Virus record (IMG/VR): IMGVR_UViG_3300037472_000096
Span: 1 to 29,344 of that record
Direction: 5' to 3' (one strand)
Length of the DNA stretch: 29,344 nt
Source: a virus
Taxonomy: Duplodnaviria > Caudoviricetes
Positions within the stretch are counted from its first letter, which is position 1, and the number at the start of each line of letters is the position of its first letter. A program made the translations under genes and the position numbers. The notes under the pieces were generated by a model, which searched no databases, was not told the DNA's origin, and worked only from the letters and a program-made list of their open reading frames with translations. Of the stretch, positions 27,498 through 29,344 are shown in pieces.

Positions 27498-28187
27498 ATG
27501 AACAATTCCAAAAGAGAAAAAATGTTTTACACCGCCATATCATTGATTGTATCGACTACTGCCCACGCAGCGACGATCATCAGCCAGCCACTAGCTAACC
27601 TTGGCGGCGATAGTCGTGTTCCGGGGCAGTCGTTTACAACGCCTGACGACGGGATCGTAGATTTTTTGACCGGAGCCACTTTTGGTAAGAGATTTACCGC
27701 TATTGCGAGCGGAAATCTATTTCTCCTTAGTCAAGAATACCAAGGGATGCCCTCTGCCCTATCGGTAGCGTCGCCAGGATTCTTAGCGAAGAGCGAAGTA
27801 GTAGCTAACGGAGGTCTCGACGCAGTGTATTCTTTTACAAGTTCAAATCAGTACGCGCTTCAGCCCAACACAAAATACTGGCTTTACAGTAACGCATCCG
27901 TCGGCTGGAACTTGGAGTGGACAGATTATGATTCCTACACAGGCGGCAATCTCTCCATGGCTCTCCCTGCATTCGGTCCACCAGATAATGACTTTTCATT
28001 CGGTAGTAGTTCGCGACCAACTGCAGTTGACTATCGGTTCTCAGTGACCGCTACGGCGATACCAGAACCAGCAGTAGGGATGTCCATTGTGTTTGGGCTT
28101 GCCACACTCTTGCTCCGACGGAATCAAAGGGCTAAAATGCCGGAGAAGGAGGCGACGGGTAAGGTGTCTGTTTATATTCGGGCTTAA
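27498..28187 (+). CDS. Cassette 2 gene A: PEP-CTERM sorting domain protein
   Basis: Signal peptide (...TTAHA), IPEPAVGMSIVFGLATLLLRRNQR. Confidence 0.85.
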   Translation: MNNSKREKMFYTAISLIVSTTAHAATIISQPLANLGGDSRVPGQSFTTPDDGIVDFLTGATFGKRFTAIASGNLFLLSQEYQGMPSALSVASPGFLAKSEVVANGGLDAVYSFTSSNQYALQPNTKYWLYSNASVGWNLEWTDYDSYTGGNLSMALPAFGPPDNDFSFGSSSRPTAVDYRFSVTATAIPEPAVGMSIVFGLATLLLRRNQRAKMPEKEATGKVSVYIRA

Positions 28188-28242
28188 CCCCGACACGCTT
28201 CACATATTGTATTCCAAAAAAAACTACAACTAACAAATTTAA

Positions 28243-28833
28243 ATGAAACCTACCCTCAAAATCTTCGCTACGATCTTCGCCATAGGCGTTCTCCAACAGA
28301 AGTCGGCCGCCGCGATAAGCGTCACCAATCTGAACCTCACAACGAACAGCGTTACTTTCAGTATTTCTGGCACTTTCCCTAGTACCTCACCCACAAACTT
28401 TCCAGATACACTCTACGTTAGTAACCCGAACCCTGCTGCCAGTCCGGGATTTGCTCTAGCTTTTGCAGGTGCGACTTCTAACGGTTTCACAGGTACGTAG
28501 ACAGTACCTTCCCCTTTCGGAGTCTTCACTGGTAACAGTGCCTATGGTGACTATTTCTATGTTAAATTTGTGAATCCTTTAACTACTGGTGAGTCAATTC
28601 TGGGCACTTTGACAGCCACTTTTGGCTCAACTGTTTTTAATCCGAGCGCAGTCACAAGTCTCAACATTTATTGGGGAAGCAATGAGTCGCTTCCAATAAA
28701 TCCTGCAATGCAGCCATCCGTTATCACAGGCGGAACTTTTCTAGCAACAGCAGCTGTCATACCTGAGCCTTCTTCCGCTCTGCTTTTATGTGTAGCAGCA
28801 GCTCTTACTGCATCGCGCAGACGAAAAGAATGA
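28243..28833 (+). pseudogene. Cassette 2 gene B: PEP-CTERM protein with in-frame TAG at 28498-28500
   Basis: 28243..28500 and 28570..28833 share a frame; signal peptide and IPEPSSALLLCVAAALTASRRRKE. Confidence 0.82.
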
Positions 28834-28837
28834 AGAA

Positions 28838-28925
28838 ATCGAACAAGCCGGAGCAGGCGACGCCGAGGAAGCCGTCTGATTAGATTCGGGCTTGACCCCG
28901 GCGCGCCTGTCCTATGACGTTCTCT
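28838..28925 (+). repeat. attC site 2 (88 bp)
   Basis: Near-copy of 27372-27459 with covarying arms (GGAGCAGGCG / CGCCTGTCC vs GGAGTAGGCG / CGCCTATCC); ends GTTCTCT. Confidence 0.8.
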
Positions 28926-28950
28926 TCCTAGTTGACTCCACCCCCGGCGC

Positions 28951-29227
28951 ATGAGCGCCCTGACCGTCACCCTTGGAGCCGACATCACCGCATTGAAGCG
29001 GGCCATGGCGGGAGCCACGGAATTGGTCGGTGCGTCGGCACGCCGGATGAGCAAAATGTCAGGCGCGGGGCTGGCGGGACTCGGTAAAGGCGGTGCAGCA
29101 GCACTTGGCAAAGGATTCTCGGTCGCGGGCGTCGCGCTCAAGGCTGGCATTGGCGCGGCTCTGGCTGGTGGCGCGGCAGCAATGGGCATTGGCGTGAAAG
29201 CGGTCAGTGCCGCCGCCGACTTCGAGC
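28951..29227 (+). pseudogene. Tail tape measure protein N-terminus, interrupted at 29228
   Basis: MSALTVTLGADITALKRAMAGA...Ala/Gly-rich...KAVSAAADFE is a typical TMP start; sequence character changes abruptly afterwards. Confidence 0.8.
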
Positions 29228-29344
29228 GTAAGCGTCCTAAATTCATCCCCCCACGTTGTTGGGCCACTGGGGTAGTGGGGGCTTGGCCGGTCAGGCGACT
29301 TGTTCGGCTTCTGCCTTGGCCCGGCGCTCGGCGGCGATGCGCGC
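29228..29344 (-). mobile_element. Right end of an IS66-family element (partial)
   Basis: Begins GTAAGCGTCC, matching IS66 terminal repeats; the minus strand encodes ...ARIAAERRAKAEAEQVA* (stop at 29291-29293), like a TnpC C-terminus. Confidence 0.7.

Larger units (their letters stand above)
15762..28953 (+). promoter_or_regulatory. Recurrent (G)TTGAC motif 19-22 nt upstream of start codons (10 sites on +, 1 on - at 15206)
   Basis: First T at 15762, 18184, 18645, 20337, 21057, 21878, 23323, 24562, 25016, 28932; matching starts at 15784, 18206, 18664, 20356, 21076, 21898, 23343, 24584, 25038, 28951. Confidence 0.8.
7325..29227. mobile_element. Prophage (lambdoid siphovirus-like, probably defective); boundaries approximate, continues past the window's right edge
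   Basis: Terminase-portal-protease-capsid-tail-tape measure order on +, divergent phage-type accessory arm on -; no integrase or att pair seen in the window. Confidence 0.9.

Noticed and set aside
15387-28500. Stop-codon reassignment or readthrough explaining the in-frame stops
   Set aside because: The three internal stops are TAA, TGA and TAG, one each, and all three codons terminate normal genes here; decay or sequence error is simpler.
27372-28925. The 88-bp repeats as CRISPR repeats, IS ends or TTGAC late boxes
   Set aside because: There are only two copies 1.47 kb apart with whole genes between them, in direct orientation with internal dyad symmetry. Their TTGAC..ATG is part of the attC arm and opens no convincing ORF.

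Overview
GC-rich bacterial DNA, most likely Verrucomicrobiota (Luteolibacter/Haloferula-like; inferred from PEP-CTERM genes and protein style, not searched). It has three parts. (1) 97-7138 (-): a putative polymorphic toxin locus. A frameshifted Pro-rich exported partner gene precedes a 1709-aa signal-peptide protein with Ca-binding DxDxDG repeats and an AT-rich, TNT/NADase-like C-terminal tip. Three paralogous small immunity-like genes follow, with an orphan copy of the toxin's last ~37 aa between the first two. (2) 7325-15689 (-): a prophage early/accessory arm with an AAA ATPase, excisionase-like HTH, GATase plus amidoligase, ATP-dependent DNA ligase, MgsA-C-like protein, glycosyltransferase, ParB-like protein and repeated ~125-bp upstream modules. 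(3) 15784-29227 (+): a lambdoid siphovirus morphogenesis operon with terminase, M15 peptidase, portal, HNH, S49 protease with nested scaffold, capsid, tail genes, a -1 frameshifted tail chaperone and a tape measure gene cut by an IS66-like end. The main surprises are an integron-type array (attI-like site plus two 88-bp attC sites, carrying a lipoprotein and PEP-CTERM genes) inside the tail operon, a TTGAC motif fixed 19-22 nt upstream of 11 start codons, and an antisense two-hairpin small RNA. Several lesions suggest a decaying prophage.
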